Below the pieces are notes generated by a model, which worked only from the letters and a program-made list of their open reading frames with translations, had not been told where the DNA came from and searched no databases. A stretch of DNA of 64,000 nt, taken from the NCBI GenBank assembly GCA_036788195.1, contig DAIQNX010000007.1, positions 12,209-76,208 of the forward strand, read 5' to 3'. Source of the stretch: Synergistales bacterium. Lineage in GTDB: Bacteria > Synergistota > Synergistia > Synergistales > Aminobacteriaceae. A program made the position numbers and the translations under genes. This document shows positions 1 to 10,188 of the stretch, in pieces. Each line of letters opens with the position of its first letter. Within the stretch, counting starts at the first letter, position 1.

Positions 1-680
1 CGGGGCTTTCGGCCGGCGTCGGCGTCCTCGCGGCCCTGAACGCGCGCACCGTCACGGGCCAGGGGCAGAAGGTCGACATCGCGCTCGTCGACTCCGTCGT
101 CGCGAGCCTCGAAATCATCAACATGATCTATCTCGTCCAGGGACGCATCCCCCAGCGCATCGGCAACCGCTACGAATCCACCTATCCCTACGACTCCTTC
201 CGGGGCTCCGACGGAAGCCTTGTGATCGGAGCGGGGAACGACAAGCTCTGGCAGGACCTCGCGAAGGTCATGGGAATGCCGGAACTCGCGGAGAAGCCCG
301 AATTCCGGACCGTCCCGGACCGCGTCGCCCACCACGAGGAACTCCGAAAGATCATCGAGGGGTGGACCGCGAAGTACACGGTGCAGCAGATCTACGACAT
401 GGTCGACGGCGCGGGCGTCCCCTGCGCGCCGATCTACTCGATCGACCAGGTCGTGAAGGATCCCCACATCGCGGGCGACCGGAAGATGTTCGTCGAGACC
501 GAACACCCCGTCGCGGGGAAGATCACGCTCACGGGCTCGCACCTGAAGCTCAGCGAAACGTCGACGGACGTCCGGAACCCGTCGCCCGCGCTCGGGCAGG
601 ATAACGAGAACGTCTACGAGGAACTTCTCGGCTATTCTCCGGAAAAGGTCGCCGAACTCAGGGCGGAAGGGGTGCTGTAG
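1..680 (+). CDS. Family III CoA-transferase (CaiB/BaiF type), C-terminal part; 5' end lies upstream of the window
   Basis: Frame 3 is open from nt 3 (GLSAGVGVLAALNARTVTGQGQKVDIALVDSVVASLE...) and continues into track ORF 123..680. The motifs GNRYESTYPYDSF and DKLWQDL..MG are typical of CaiB/BaiF CoA-transferases. TAG stop at 678-680. Confidence 0.85.
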   Translation, partial: GLSAGVGVLAALNARTVTGQGQKVDIALVDSVVASLEIINMIYLVQGRIPQRIGNRYESTYPYDSFRGSDGSLVIGAGNDKLWQDLAKVMGMPELAEKPEFRTVPDRVAHHEELRKIIEGWTAKYTVQQIYDMVDGAGVPCAPIYSIDQVVKDPHIAGDRKMFVETEHPVAGKITLTGSHLKLSETSTDVRNPSPALGQDNENVYEELLGYSPEKVAELRAEGVL

Positions 681-682
681 AT

Positions 683-1615
683 ATGAATTTCGACGGGCTG
701 CCGAAGCGCGCGCACATCCGCGAAGTCTGCCCCCGCGACGGCTTTCAGAGCGTGAAGGACTTCATTCCGACGGAGAAGAAGCTCGAGTTCATCGAGGCGA
801 TGATCGCCGCGGGAATCCGCGAGATGGAGGTCACGTCCTTCGTCAGTCCGAAGGCGATTCCGCAGCTCGCCGATTCGGCCGAAGTCCTGTCGGCCGTGAA
901 GGCGCGCTGCGGCGACGCGGTCCGGCTCGTCGCGCTCGTCCCGAACGTCAAGGGCGCGGAGCGGGCGCTCGCGGGCGGCGCGGACTGCCTCAACTACGTC
1001 TTCTCGGCGAGCGAGTCGCACAACAGGGCGAACCTGAACCGGAGCGTCGACGAATCCCTCGCGGGGCTCGCCGACGTCATCGCGCTCGCGAAGGGAAAGG
1101 CGGAGCTTTCCGTCTCGATCGCGACGTCGTTCATGTGCCCGTTCGAGGGGCGCACCGCCCCCGCGCGCGTCACGGATCTCATGGGGAAGGCCCTCGACAT
1201 GGGAGCCGACGGCATCTGCCTCGCCGAGACGATCGGGACGTGCAACCCGCTGCTCTTCTCCGAGACGCTCGCGGCCGTCCGGTCGCGTTTCGGCGACTAT
1301 CCGATCTACCTGCATATCCACGACACGTTCGGCATGGCGCTCCTGAACGTCAAGGCGGCGCTCGACCTGGGCTACAGCCGTTTCGACGCGGCCATCGGCG
1401 GGCTCGGCGGCTGTCCGTTCGCGCCCGGAGCCGCCGGAAACGCGGCGACGGAAGACCTCGTCTTCTTCCTGAACGGAATCGGCGTCGAAACCGGAATGGA
1501 CGCCGCGTCGCTCGTGAACGTCGCCCGCTCGCTTCAGGATTACGGGCTCAGGACGCTCGGACACCTCGTCGTCAGCAGCTTCGGACGGGAAAAGGAAGGG
1601 TGCTGCGGGGCATAG
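683..1615 (+). CDS. HMG-CoA lyase-like (HMGL family) oxoacid lyase
   Basis: 310-aa ORF whose ATG lies 2 nt after the upstream stop. N-terminus EVCPRDGFQS plus HIHDTFGMALLN and GGLGGCPFAPGAAGNAATEDL match the hydroxymethylglutaryl-CoA lyase TIM-barrel signature. Confidence 0.88.
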   Translation: MNFDGLPKRAHIREVCPRDGFQSVKDFIPTEKKLEFIEAMIAAGIREMEVTSFVSPKAIPQLADSAEVLSAVKARCGDAVRLVALVPNVKGAERALAGGADCLNYVFSASESHNRANLNRSVDESLAGLADVIALAKGKAELSVSIATSFMCPFEGRTAPARVTDLMGKALDMGADGICLAETIGTCNPLLFSETLAAVRSRFGDYPIYLHIHDTFGMALLNVKAALDLGYSRFDAAIGGLGGCPFAPGAAGNAATEDLVFFLNGIGVETGMDAASLVNVARSLQDYGLRTLGHLVVSSFGREKEGCCGA

Positions 1616-1643
1616 AGCTCCCGGGACAGCGCAACGACGAAGA

Positions 1644-1672
1644 GGGCGCCCGGACGGGGCGCCCCCTTTCTC
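1644..1672. terminator. GC-rich hairpin between convergent genes (candidate bidirectional terminator)
   Basis: GGGCGCCC (1644-1651) pairs with GGGCGCCC (1657-1664) across a 5-nt loop, followed by CCTTTCTC. It lies between the lyase stop (1615) and the dipeptidase stop (1689). Confidence 0.45.
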
Positions 1673-1688
1673 ATATCCGATACCCCGT

Positions 1689-3116
1689 TCAATATACGGG
1701 AGCGTTCCCGGTCCGGTCCTGGAACTTCCGGAGAAAGACATGCGCGCTCTGGAGGACGTCCTTCGCCTGCGAGAAGGTGAACCGGTCCAGGAGAGCGGCC
1801 GCCTCCGCCTTTTTCCCCTCGCCGATCAGCTTCAGCGCCCTCGCCTCGATCACGGCGCAACTGTTCGCGATCACGGCTCGCCGCCCTTCCCAGAAACTCT
1901 TCAGGATACAGAACAGGAGATCGTGATCGCCGTCCGTCACCTTCTGCAGCATCCTGAAGGTCCACCAGGCCGAGTTCGGGCCATAGGCGCTGTTGACGTT
2001 CCTGTACTCTTCCGGGATCAGGGATGCCCCCGCATATACGGGGAAGTATCCGGAGTACCCCGGAATCGTCATGGCGTACCACATGACGCAACCGACCTCG
2101 ACCGGAAGATGTCCGCGAAGATGCGCCACGGTGGACGACTGACAGAGATTCGTGCGGATCGCCCGCGGGATCAGGAGCTTGTCGGTCACGTCCTCCCATG
2201 GTTCCATATGATTGATCGGCTTGTGATACTTCGGAGTTCCCTCGTAGGCGTCCATCAGCACGGCCACGATATCGCCCGGCATGATCGCTCCTCTTTTGTC
2301 CTTCAGAAGATCGTAGGCGCGATTCTCACGATCGACATCGTATGGAGACGACATTCGTGCCGGATCGCCATAAACGGCCCTGAAGTTGAGCTTCGAACCT
2401 TCCTTTGCGGCGAACCAGCCCTTGTCCCGTGCCGTCTTCTCGAGACCCGCGCTCGCGAGATCGTATTCATCCCCGATCGTGAAACGGTTCGCTACGACGA
2501 GGACTTCGTCGTCCTTCACTCGCCTCGCGACCCAGTTTCTCGACGTCGTTTCGACGATCCAGGCTTCCGTCGGATCCGCGAGGCAATACGTCAGTCCGCC
2601 CCAGTCGGCCTGCCCGTACGTGTCGATCAGGGTCGCGATCAGCGAGACCGCTTCCCTTGCTGTCTTCGCGCGTTCGAGAATCAACTGCCGGATCGCGTAT
2701 CGCCGGACGCCCTTCCCCGGCAGATTTTCCTCCTTCGAGTACATCCAGTTGCAGCTCATCGTCACTCCGAACTCGTTCATCCCGACGAGGACCGAGTCGT
2801 ACGGTCGCGCTTCGGTCGCGATGCCGAGTCCGGAGGTTCCGAACGCGTTTCCCGACGCCCAGTAGCGGTACGTGACGCTCGGGACGTCGAGCTTCACGTA
2901 GGGGACGTCGACCTTTTCCCCCTGCCCGTGGGCGTTTCCTGCGACGGACCAGAGGCGTCCGACCGCCGTGAACCCCATATCCTCGTTATGTCCGTGCAAA
3001 ACGGCGCCGTCCGCGGTTGCGTTCTTTCCGACGAGAATCGTCGTGCATCCTTCGGACGGCGCCGGAACGCCGCAGAAAACCGCAACAAGCAGAAGAACGG
3101 CGATGCGTATTTTCAT
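1689..3116 (-). CDS. Secreted C69-family dipeptidase (Ntn-type Cys hydrolase)
   Basis: Only the C-terminal 475 aa of track ORF 1689..4016 look real. ATG at 3116 follows AAAGGAG with 8-nt spacing. Signal peptide MKIRIAVLLLVAVFCGVPAPSEG is followed by CTTILVGKNATADGAVLHGHNED, the C69 N-terminal nucleophile motif. The 300-aa upstream extension is Arg/Gly-rich shadow sequence overlapping the thiolase gene. Confidence 0.88.
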   Translation of the reverse strand: MKIRIAVLLLVAVFCGVPAPSEGCTTILVGKNATADGAVLHGHNEDMGFTAVGRLWSVAGNAHGQGEKVDVPYVKLDVPSVTYRYWASGNAFGTSGLGIATEARPYDSVLVGMNEFGVTMSCNWMYSKEENLPGKGVRRYAIRQLILERAKTAREAVSLIATLIDTYGQADWGGLTYCLADPTEAWIVETTSRNWVARRVKDDEVLVVANRFTIGDEYDLASAGLEKTARDKGWFAAKEGSKLNFRAVYGDPARMSSPYDVDRENRAYDLLKDKRGAIMPGDIVAVLMDAYEGTPKYHKPINHMEPWEDVTDKLLIPRAIRTNLCQSSTVAHLRGHLPVEVGCVMWYAMTIPGYSGYFPVYAGASLIPEEYRNVNSAYGPNSAWWTFRMLQKVTDGDHDLLFCILKSFWEGRRAVIANSCAVIEARALKLIGEGKKAEAAALLDRFTFSQAKDVLQSAHVFLRKFQDRTGNAPVY

Positions 3117-3217
3117 CTCGCAGACTCCTTTCTTTGCCGATTCGTCTCCGCACTCGGGAACGACGAAAAAGGAAAGACGGAGCGCTTTTCGTTCTCTTCC
3201 GCAGCGTTGGCTCGCTT

Positions 3218-4426
3218 CTACGCGAGCCGCCGCACGACCATCGCGACGCCCTGGCCGCCGCCGATGCAGGCCGAGACGACGCCGAGTTCCTTGTCCTTCC
3301 GTTTGAGGACGTTGATGAGCGTCGCGAGGATTTTCGCACCCGTCGCGCCGATCGGGTGTCCGAGCGCGATCGCGCCGCCGCACAGGTTGAGTTTGTCCAT
3401 GTCGAACGGCATCGCCCGATGACACGCGATGATCTGCGCCGCGAACGCCTCGTTGATCTCGATGACGTCCATGTCCGCAAGCGTCATCCCCGCCTTCGCG
3501 AGCGCCTTCGGCATCGCGAGCGTCGGCCCGAGGCCCATGTGATCGGCCGCGAGCGCCGCGGACGCATACCCCAGGATCTCGGCCATCGGCGCAAGCCCCT
3601 TCGACGCCGCCCAGTCGGGATCGGCGACGACGACCGCGCTTCCCGCGTCGCAGAGCGCCGAGCTGCTCCCCGCCGTGATCGTCCCGTCCTTGAAAAAGAC
3701 GGGCGGCAATTTCGCAAGAGCCTCGATGGTGGTGTCCTTCCGCGGGATCTCGTCCTGGCGGACGGGGATGTCGCCCTTCTTGCGGTCCTTGAGGACGACC
3801 GTCACGATCTCGTCGTCGAACGCGCCGGACTCCATCGCCGCGACGGCCTTTCTGTGGCTTTCGAGCGCGTAGGCGTCCTGCTCCTCCCGCGTGATGCCGT
3901 ATTCCTTGACGAGAATTTCCGCCGTCGCGCCCATGAGCATCCCTGCGAGCGGACACATGAAGCCGTCCTGATGCAGGCCGTCGACGGCCTTCTTCTCCCC
4001 CATCCGCATGCCCCACCGGGCGTCCGGAAGCAGGTAGGGCACGTTCGTCGCGGATTCCATGCCGCCCGCGACCATGCAGGCCGCGTCACCGAGGCGGATC
4101 CGGTCGGACGCGAGCATGATCGCCCGAAGCCCCGATCCGCAGCGCTTGTTGATCGTGAACGCCGGGATGTTCTGCGGCAGACCGGACCGGAAGAGCGCGA
4201 TCCGGGCCGGGTTCGCCCCGACGCCCGCCTGCCAGCCGTTTCCCATGATGACTTCCTCGACGTCGGACGGATCGACCTTCGCGCGCGCCATGGCCTCCTT
4301 TATGGCGACGGCGCCGAGGTCCGGAGCGCTGAGATCCTTGAACGCACCGCCGAACTTTCCGCCGGCCGTTCTGCACGCCGACAGGAGCACCGGGTGTTTC
4401 CCTGATACAGTGCAGGTCATTTGCAT
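3218..4426 (-). CDS. Acetyl-CoA C-acetyltransferase (thiolase)
   Basis: Real part of track ORF 3218..4732. Motifs INKRCGSGLRAI (active-site Cys), NEAFAAQ and GGAIALGHPIGATGAKIL..CIGGGQGVAMVV are thiolase signatures. Start is ATG at 4426 (MQMTC) or ATG at 4420, which forms an ATGA overlap with the upstream stop. Confidence 0.92.
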   Translation of the reverse strand: MQMTCTVSGKHPVLLSACRTAGGKFGGAFKDLSAPDLGAVAIKEAMARAKVDPSDVEEVIMGNGWQAGVGANPARIALFRSGLPQNIPAFTINKRCGSGLRAIMLASDRIRLGDAACMVAGGMESATNVPYLLPDARWGMRMGEKKAVDGLHQDGFMCPLAGMLMGATAEILVKEYGITREEQDAYALESHRKAVAAMESGAFDDEIVTVVLKDRKKGDIPVRQDEIPRKDTTIEALAKLPPVFFKDGTITAGSSSALCDAGSAVVVADPDWAASKGLAPMAEILGYASAALAADHMGLGPTLAMPKALAKAGMTLADMDVIEINEAFAAQIIACHRAMPFDMDKLNLCGGAIALGHPIGATGAKILATLINVLKRKDKELGVVSACIGGGQGVAMVVRRLA

Positions 4427-5091
4427 CCCTCCATGGGCAGGACCGTATCCGCGATCTTCAGCGTCATGTCCGTGTGTGCGACGAGTTCCTCGACGGTGAC
4501 TTCCGGCGCGATTTCGCAGAGCGTCATCACGCCGTCGATCTTCCGGACGACGCATAATTCGGTCACGATGACGTCCGTGACTTCGGCGCCCGTCAGCGGC
4601 AGCGTGCAGGTCTTCACGAGCTTCGACTTCCCCTTCTTGTCGCAGTGCGTCGTCGCGACGTACACGGTCTTCGCGCCCGTCACGAGATCCATCGCGCCCC
4701 CCATTCCGGGGACGAGCTTGCCGGGGATCCACCAGTTCGCGAGGTTGCCCTTCCCGTCGACCTCGAGCGCGCCCAGGACGGTCGCGTCGAGATGGCCGCC
4801 GCGGATCAGCCCGAAGCTCATGTCGCTCGCGACGATGCTCGATCCGGGAAGCAGCGACAGGCAGCGTCCGCCCGCGCCGATGAAGCGCCAGTCGTCTTTT
4901 TCGGGCTTGGGCCCGGCTCCGACGACGCCGTTTTCGGTCTGCGTCACGACCGAGCGCCCCTCCGGGACGTAGTCCGACACGAGCGTCGGAATCCCGATCC
5001 CGAGGTTCACGACCGCGCCGTCTTCGAGATCGAGCGCGATGCGTTTGGCGATCCGGTGACGGACGATCTCTTCATCAAGTACGGGAAGCAT
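4417..5091 (-). CDS. 3-oxoacid CoA-transferase subunit B (AtoA/ScoB type)
   Basis: 224 aa. NLGIGIPTLV, TQTENGVVG and GMGGAMDLV motifs are typical of the beta subunit. Overlaps the subunit A gene by 17 nt. Confidence 0.92.
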   Translation of the reverse strand: MLPVLDEEIVRHRIAKRIALDLEDGAVVNLGIGIPTLVSDYVPEGRSVVTQTENGVVGAGPKPEKDDWRFIGAGGRCLSLLPGSSIVASDMSFGLIRGGHLDATVLGALEVDGKGNLANWWIPGKLVPGMGGAMDLVTGAKTVYVATTHCDKKGKSKLVKTCTLPLTGAEVTDVIVTELCVVRKIDGVMTLCEIAPEVTVEELVAHTDMTLKIADTVLPMEGCK

Positions 5092-5782
5092 AGTATCCGT
5101 CTCCTTTCAGCACGAGGATGTCGACGACGATTCCCGGCGTGACGATGTCGTTGGGGTCGATGCCGCCGAGTTCAAGGATCGCGTCGACCTCTGCGATGAC
5201 GAGATCCGCGGCCGTCGCCATCGCGGGGTTGAAGTTCCGCCCCGTCCCGAAATAGGTCAGGTTGCCGTAGCGGTCCGCCTTGTGCGCCCGGATCAGCGCG
5301 ACGTTCGCGCGAAGCGGTTTTTCGACGATATATCGTTTGCCGTCGACCTCGACGATCTGCTTGTCGTCTTCGTAGCAGGTTCCGACGCCCGTCGGCGTGA
5401 GGACGCCGCCGAGCCCGAACCCGCCCGCGCGGATGCGTTCGACGAACGATCCCTGGGGCACGAGTTCCAGTTCGAGTTTCTTTTCGTTGAAAAGCCGTCC
5501 CGTCTCGCGGTTGAGCCCGATATGCGACGCGGTGACCTTTCGCACCTGCCCGTTCACGACGAGCATTCCGTGACCGACCCCCTGCGGAACCGAGTCGTTG
5601 GCGTAGAGCGTGTCGTTGGCGATCAGGTGGAGATCCTTCACGCCGGACTTCACGAGCGCATCGACGAGCGTGTAGGGAACGCCGCCGTAGTTGAAGCCGC
5701 CGACCATGACGGACATTCCGTCACGGACCCCCGTGACCGCCTCATCGGCGGACATGACGGGCTTGATGAGTTTTGCGGGCAC
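5075..5782 (-). CDS. 3-oxoacid CoA-transferase subunit A (AtoD/ScoA type)
   Basis: 235 aa with a GTG start preceded by GGGAGG. GGFNYGGVP, ELELVPQGSFVERIRAGGFGLGGVLTPTGVGT and RNFNPAMATAA resemble ScoA/AtoD. Confidence 0.92.
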   Translation of the reverse strand: MPAKLIKPVMSADEAVTGVRDGMSVMVGGFNYGGVPYTLVDALVKSGVKDLHLIANDTLYANDSVPQGVGHGMLVVNGQVRKVTASHIGLNRETGRLFNEKKLELELVPQGSFVERIRAGGFGLGGVLTPTGVGTCYEDDKQIVEVDGKRYIVEKPLRANVALIRAHKADRYGNLTYFGTGRNFNPAMATAADLVIAEVDAILELGGIDPNDIVTPGIVVDILVLKGDGYYASRT

Positions 5783-5827
5783 TTTTCACCGCACCTCCCT
5801 TTGTGTGTTCCGTCTCCCTCGCGCAGC

Positions 5828-7759
5828 CTACGTTAACTTTCCGCCGGCGAACCGGGATCGGAAGAAATAGAGTCCCGCGAGAATCACGACGCCGATGACA
5901 TCCGTAACGATGCTCGGATGGATGAGCATGAACGGCACGGCCAGCAGCAACGCGCGTTCGATCAGCGTCAGTTTCGAAGTGTAGAATCCCTGGATGCCGG
6001 CCGAAAGGCCGATGACACCCATGACCGCCGTCACGGTGCTCCAGACGATCGAGAGAACCGATCCCTGGCACAGGAGCGCCGGGTTGTACACGAACATGTA
6101 GGGCACGAGGAACCCCGCGAACGCCGTGACGAGCGCCGTGAACCCCGTCACGAGAACCCCCGACCCGGCGATCCCCGCCGCCGCGTAGGTCGCGAGCGCG
6201 ACCGGCGGCGTGACGTCGGCGAGCACGCCGAAATAGAGGCAGAACAGGTGCGCCGACATGAGCGGCACGCCCATCGCGTTCAGGGCCGGGGCTGCGAGCG
6301 TCGACGTGATGATGTACTGCGCCGTCGTCGGGACGCCCATTCCGAGAATGATCGATCCGATCATCGTGAGGATGAGCGCGAGCGGCAGGATTCCGTACGA
6401 CATGCTCATGACGAACGACGAGAACGCGAGACCGATCCCGGTGATGCCGATGACGCCGATGATCAGGCCCGAACACGCGCACGCGGCCGCGACTTCGACG
6501 GCTCCGCACGCGCCGTCTATGAGCGCCCGGAGGACGCTCTTCGGCGTCATGCGGTATTCGGGCCTCCCGAGCCACGTCGCCGCGATCATGAGGACGATCG
6601 ACCAGAAGACCGCCTTGACGGGCGAATATCCCGTCGCGAGGAATCCCACGAGCGTGACGAGCGGGAGAATATAGTGCCACCCGTTTTTGAGAACGAGCCG
6701 GACGTTCGGGATCATCTCCTCGGGCAATCCGGTGAGCCCCCGCTTCCCCGCCCTGAAGTGCACCATCGCGAACAGCGAGAAGAAATAGAGCGTCGCCGGG
6801 ATGAACGCCGCGACGACGATCTCCCAGTACGCGACTCCGAGGAACTGGGCCATGATGAACGCGGCCGCGCCCATGATCGGCGGCATGACCTGTCCTCCCG
6901 TGGACGCCGCCGCGACGACCGCGCCCGCGAATTCCGACCTGTATCCGCCCTTCTTCATGAGCGGAATCGTGAACGCGCCCGTCGTGACCGCGTTCGCGAC
7001 CGAGCTTCCCGAGACCATTCCCATGAGGCAGCTCGCGACGACCGCGGCCTTGCCCGGACCGCCGACGCTTCTCCCCGTGAGCGCGATCGCGAGGTCGATG
7101 AAAAACTGCCCCGCTCCCGAGACGCTCAGGAACGATCCGAAGACCACGAACAAAAAGATGAATGTCGCAGAAACGCCGAGAGGAACGCCGAAGATGCCGT
7201 CCGTCCGGAGGTACTGGAACGGTCCGAGTTCCTCGAGCGAGAATCCGGCGTGGGCGATGATGTCGGGAAGGTAGGGGCCGGCCATCGCGTAGAGCATCGC
7301 GACGATCGCCACGGAGGGCAACGCCCACCCCATCGAACGCCGGGCCGATTCGATGACGAGGACGATCATCATGACGCCGAGGACGATGTCCGAGGTGATC
7401 GGATTTCCCTCGCGCATCGAGATGGCTTCCCAGTTGAGGATGATGTTCATGCATCCGGCGATCATCAGGCCCGCGAGGATGAAGTCCCACCAGTCGATCC
7501 TGAGCCGGGAGCGATTCTTCGTCCCGGGATAGAGCAGAAAGATCAGCACACCCATCAGCATCCAGTGGATGCTTCGCTGGTACATTGCCGAGAGCAGGCC
7601 GAAGGCCGCCGTATATAGATGAAAGACGGACGCGGCGAGCGCTATGCCGGAGACGAGCCAGAGCTGCCACCCGCTCAGGCGGCGCTTCTTGCCCTCGCAT
7701 TCTTCGAGCAGTTCCGAGGGATCCCTCGCGACGCCCGTCGTATCCTGTTCCGTCGTCAT
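5828..7759 (-). CDS. TRAP transporter fused permease (TAXI-associated 4TM/12TM fusion)
   Basis: 643-aa polytopic membrane protein encoded immediately downstream of a TAXI receptor gene. Length and hydrophobic pattern fit fused TRAP permeases. Confidence 0.88.
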   Translation of the reverse strand: MTTEQDTTGVARDPSELLEECEGKKRRLSGWQLWLVSGIALAASVFHLYTAAFGLLSAMYQRSIHWMLMGVLIFLLYPGTKNRSRLRIDWWDFILAGLMIAGCMNIILNWEAISMREGNPITSDIVLGVMMIVLVIESARRSMGWALPSVAIVAMLYAMAGPYLPDIIAHAGFSLEELGPFQYLRTDGIFGVPLGVSATFIFLFVVFGSFLSVSGAGQFFIDLAIALTGRSVGGPGKAAVVASCLMGMVSGSSVANAVTTGAFTIPLMKKGGYRSEFAGAVVAAASTGGQVMPPIMGAAAFIMAQFLGVAYWEIVVAAFIPATLYFFSLFAMVHFRAGKRGLTGLPEEMIPNVRLVLKNGWHYILPLVTLVGFLATGYSPVKAVFWSIVLMIAATWLGRPEYRMTPKSVLRALIDGACGAVEVAAACACSGLIIGVIGITGIGLAFSSFVMSMSYGILPLALILTMIGSIILGMGVPTTAQYIITSTLAAPALNAMGVPLMSAHLFCLYFGVLADVTPPVALATYAAAGIAGSGVLVTGFTALVTAFAGFLVPYMFVYNPALLCQGSVLSIVWSTVTAVMGVIGLSAGIQGFYTSKLTLIERALLLAVPFMLIHPSIVTDVIGVVILAGLYFFRSRFAGGKLT

Positions 7760-7838
7760 AATGTCGTTTTCCCCCCAGATTGACAGATCTGAAGCGGTCC
7801 GGCGGGAACCAGCCGCGCCGGACCGCGGGAATGCCGGA

Positions 7839-8792
7839 CTACTTCTTCATCGTCACGCCTTTCTCGGTGAAGTATTTGACCGCACCGGGAGTGAAGGGGA
7901 TAATACCGACGCTGGCCTCTTCCGGAGTGAAATGCTCGGCCTGCTTCGTCACGGTCACGAGATCGTTCCGTTTTTCGACGAACGTCTTGACGATGTCGTA
8001 CGCGAGCTTTTCCTTCATGCCTTCCCTGACAACGAGGTAATTGGCGTCGGCGATGGTGAGAACATCGCCGTCGACCTTCGCGTAGGTTCCCTTTTTGATC
8101 GTGAACGGGAGCAGGAACGGATTCTTATCGACGACGCGCTTGACGAGATCCTCCGGAAGGGGAACCAGCACGATGTCGCGCTTTGCGGCGACTTCGAGGA
8201 CGGCCGCGCCGGGGATCGCGAAATTCCAGAACACCGCGTCGATGTTTCCGTCGCTCAGCGCCATGACGCCTTCCGGCTGCGTGAGCTGATATTTTTTGAT
8301 GTCCTTCTCGGGATCGATGCCGGCTTCCTTGAGGATCAGCTGCGTAAGGACCTGGTCGCCGCCGCCGGGGGCGCCGAGAGAGACTCTCTTGCCCTTGATG
8401 TCCTCGAACTTCTCGATGCCGGATCCCTTGACGGCCACGAGGTGCTGCGGCGCCGGGTACATGTTCATGAGGATCGAGAGCGGCAGCTTGCCGTCGTCCT
8501 TGAACGCCTCGATGCCGTTGACCGCCTGGAAGAGCGTCGAGCCCATCGACATTCCGATATGCGCCTTGCCGGACGCGACGAGGCGGCAGTTTTCCTTGGA
8601 CGCGGCCGTCGCGCGCGACGTGGCCTTCACGTCGATTCCGGCCTTGTTGAGCATTTCAGCCATCGCGCCTCCGAGCGGATAGTACGTTCCTCCGACGCCG
8701 CCGGAGCCGATCGTGACGAACTCGAGCGCATACGCGCCTCCGGCGAGAGCGAGAACCGCAACAAGCGACAATACCAATCCGAACCGTTTCAT
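7839..8792 (-). CDS. TAXI-family TRAP transporter solute receptor
   Basis: 317 aa with a signal peptide. The motif TIGSGGVGGTYYPLGGAMAEMLNK is characteristic of TAXI receptors. GGGAGG RBS upstream of the ATG at 8792. Confidence 0.88.
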   Translation of the reverse strand: MKRFGLVLSLVAVLALAGGAYALEFVTIGSGGVGGTYYPLGGAMAEMLNKAGIDVKATSRATAASKENCRLVASGKAHIGMSMGSTLFQAVNGIEAFKDDGKLPLSILMNMYPAPQHLVAVKGSGIEKFEDIKGKRVSLGAPGGGDQVLTQLILKEAGIDPEKDIKKYQLTQPEGVMALSDGNIDAVFWNFAIPGAAVLEVAAKRDIVLVPLPEDLVKRVVDKNPFLLPFTIKKGTYAKVDGDVLTIADANYLVVREGMKEKLAYDIVKTFVEKRNDLVTVTKQAEHFTPEEASVGIIPFTPGAVKYFTEKGVTMKK

Positions 8793-8832
8793 ACCCGTAC
8801 CTCCCTTCAGATTGCCGGCGCCTGCGGCGCCG

Positions 8833-10188
8833 TCATCCCCGCGCCTTCGCGAGAAGAATCTCCGCCGCAGCCGCGAGGCCTTCCCCGAGGCGACGGACGA
8901 TTTCGTCGATCTGCTGCGCCGTGGAGATCAGCGGAGGAGCGAGAAGGAACTGATCCCCGGCGCACCCGTCGATCTGCCCCGTCCCGGGGTAGATCACGAG
9001 TCCGCGCTCGAAGCACTCCGCGGTCGCTACGCCCGCCGCCTTGAACGACGCCGGGAAGGGTTCCTTCGTCCTTTTGTCCATGACGAGTTCGACGCCCCGC
9101 ATCATCCCCATGCCGCGGACCTCGCCGACGATCGGGTTGTCCGTCACGGACGCGAGCGCCGCGCCGAGCCGCTCTCCCTGGACGGCGGAGTTCCCGAAGA
9201 CGTCGTGGTCCTTCATGTACTTCACGGTCGCGGCCACGGCCGCCGCCGTGACGGGGTTCGCGTTGTACGTGTGTCCGTGAACGAAGGCCCCGCTCCCTTT
9301 CCGGAGCGTGTCGACGATCTCGTCCCGGACGATGATTCCTCCCGCGGGCGCGTACCCTCCGGTTATGGCCTTGGCCGTGCAGATGATGTCGGGCGTGACG
9401 TTCCAGTGATTGACGCAGAACGCCTTCCCCGTCCGGCCGAAGCCGGTCATGATTTCGTCGGCGATCAGAAGAACGTCGTATTTGCTGCAGATCTCCCGGA
9501 TGATCGGCCAGTACTCCGCCGGCGGGTGAAGTCCGCCGACCGTCGACCCGACGACGGGCTCGGCGACGAAAGCGGCCACATACTGCGGCCCGATCCTGCG
9601 GATCTCGCTCTCGAGCCGGCGCGCGCACACGACGTCGCATTCCGGATACGTCTTCCCGTAGGGGCAGCGGTAGCAATAGTGCGCCTCGATCTTCGGCCCT
9701 TCCCTGAAAATCGGTGCGTAGAGCTGTCTCCGGGCCATGCTTCCCGCGAGCGCCATCGTTCCGATCGTGCTCCCGTGGTAGGAGTTCCAGCGCGCGATGT
9801 ACACCGACTTCGCGCTCCCCGCCCCGTCGCGCTCCACGAAATACTGGCGGCTGATCTTCATCGCCGACTCGATCGCCTCGCTGCCGCCGCTGACGAGCCA
9901 GACCTGCGAAAGCCCCGCGGGAGCGATCGACGCGACCGCGTTGGCGGCCTCGACGGAGGCCTTCGATACCCAGCGCGATGGGTGGGCGAACTCGATCGAC
10001 TCGAGCTGGGCGATCATCGCCTCGCGGATCTCGCGGACGCCGTGCCCGATGCTCGACAACAGCGCGCCGCTGCATCCGTCGATGTACTGCTTCCCGTCTT
10101 CGTCCCAGATGTAGATCCCCTCGCCGCGAACGGCGGTCTTGAGCGAACTCGCGTAACTTCTCGGGATCAGATGTCCCCATTCAGTCAT
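8833..10188 (-). CDS. Class III (omega-type) pyridoxal-phosphate aminotransferase
   Basis: 451 aa. SGGSEAIESAMK, LLIADEIMTGFGRTG and TAKAITGGYAP (PLP lysine region) are class III aminotransferase motifs. The ATG forms an ATGA overlap with the RpiR stop. Confidence 0.9.
   Translation of the reverse strand: MTEWGHLIPRSYASSLKTAVRGEGIYIWDEDGKQYIDGCSGALLSSIGHGVREIREAMIAQLESIEFAHPSRWVSKASVEAANAVASIAPAGLSQVWLVSGGSEAIESAMKISRQYFVERDGAGSAKSVYIARWNSYHGSTIGTMALAGSMARRQLYAPIFREGPKIEAHYCYRCPYGKTYPECDVVCARRLESEIRRIGPQYVAAFVAEPVVGSTVGGLHPPAEYWPIIREICSKYDVLLIADEIMTGFGRTGKAFCVNHWNVTPDIICTAKAITGGYAPAGGIIVRDEIVDTLRKGSGAFVHGHTYNANPVTAAAVAATVKYMKDHDVFGNSAVQGERLGAALASVTDNPIVGEVRGMGMMRGVELVMDKRTKEPFPASFKAAGVATAECFERGLVIYPGTGQIDGCAGDQFLLAPPLISTAQQIDEIVRRLGEGLAAAAEILLAKARG

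Noticed and set aside
3117-4016. N-terminal extensions of track ORFs (1689..4016, 3218..4732, 36803..38596, 42867..44672, 51831..53564, 49910..51037, 50860..51972, 19375..20778, 18995..19927)
   Set aside because: Each extension overlaps the preceding gene, is compositionally aberrant, and has an internal start with an RBS or a 4-nt overlap that gives the canonical family N-terminus.
5742-7700. 652-aa and 566-aa ORFs (5742..7700 minus, 5918..7618 plus) overlapping the TRAP permease gene
   Set aside because: They are alternative frames of a gene that encodes a coherent polytopic membrane protein. Their translations are Arg/Gly/Asp-rich nonsense.
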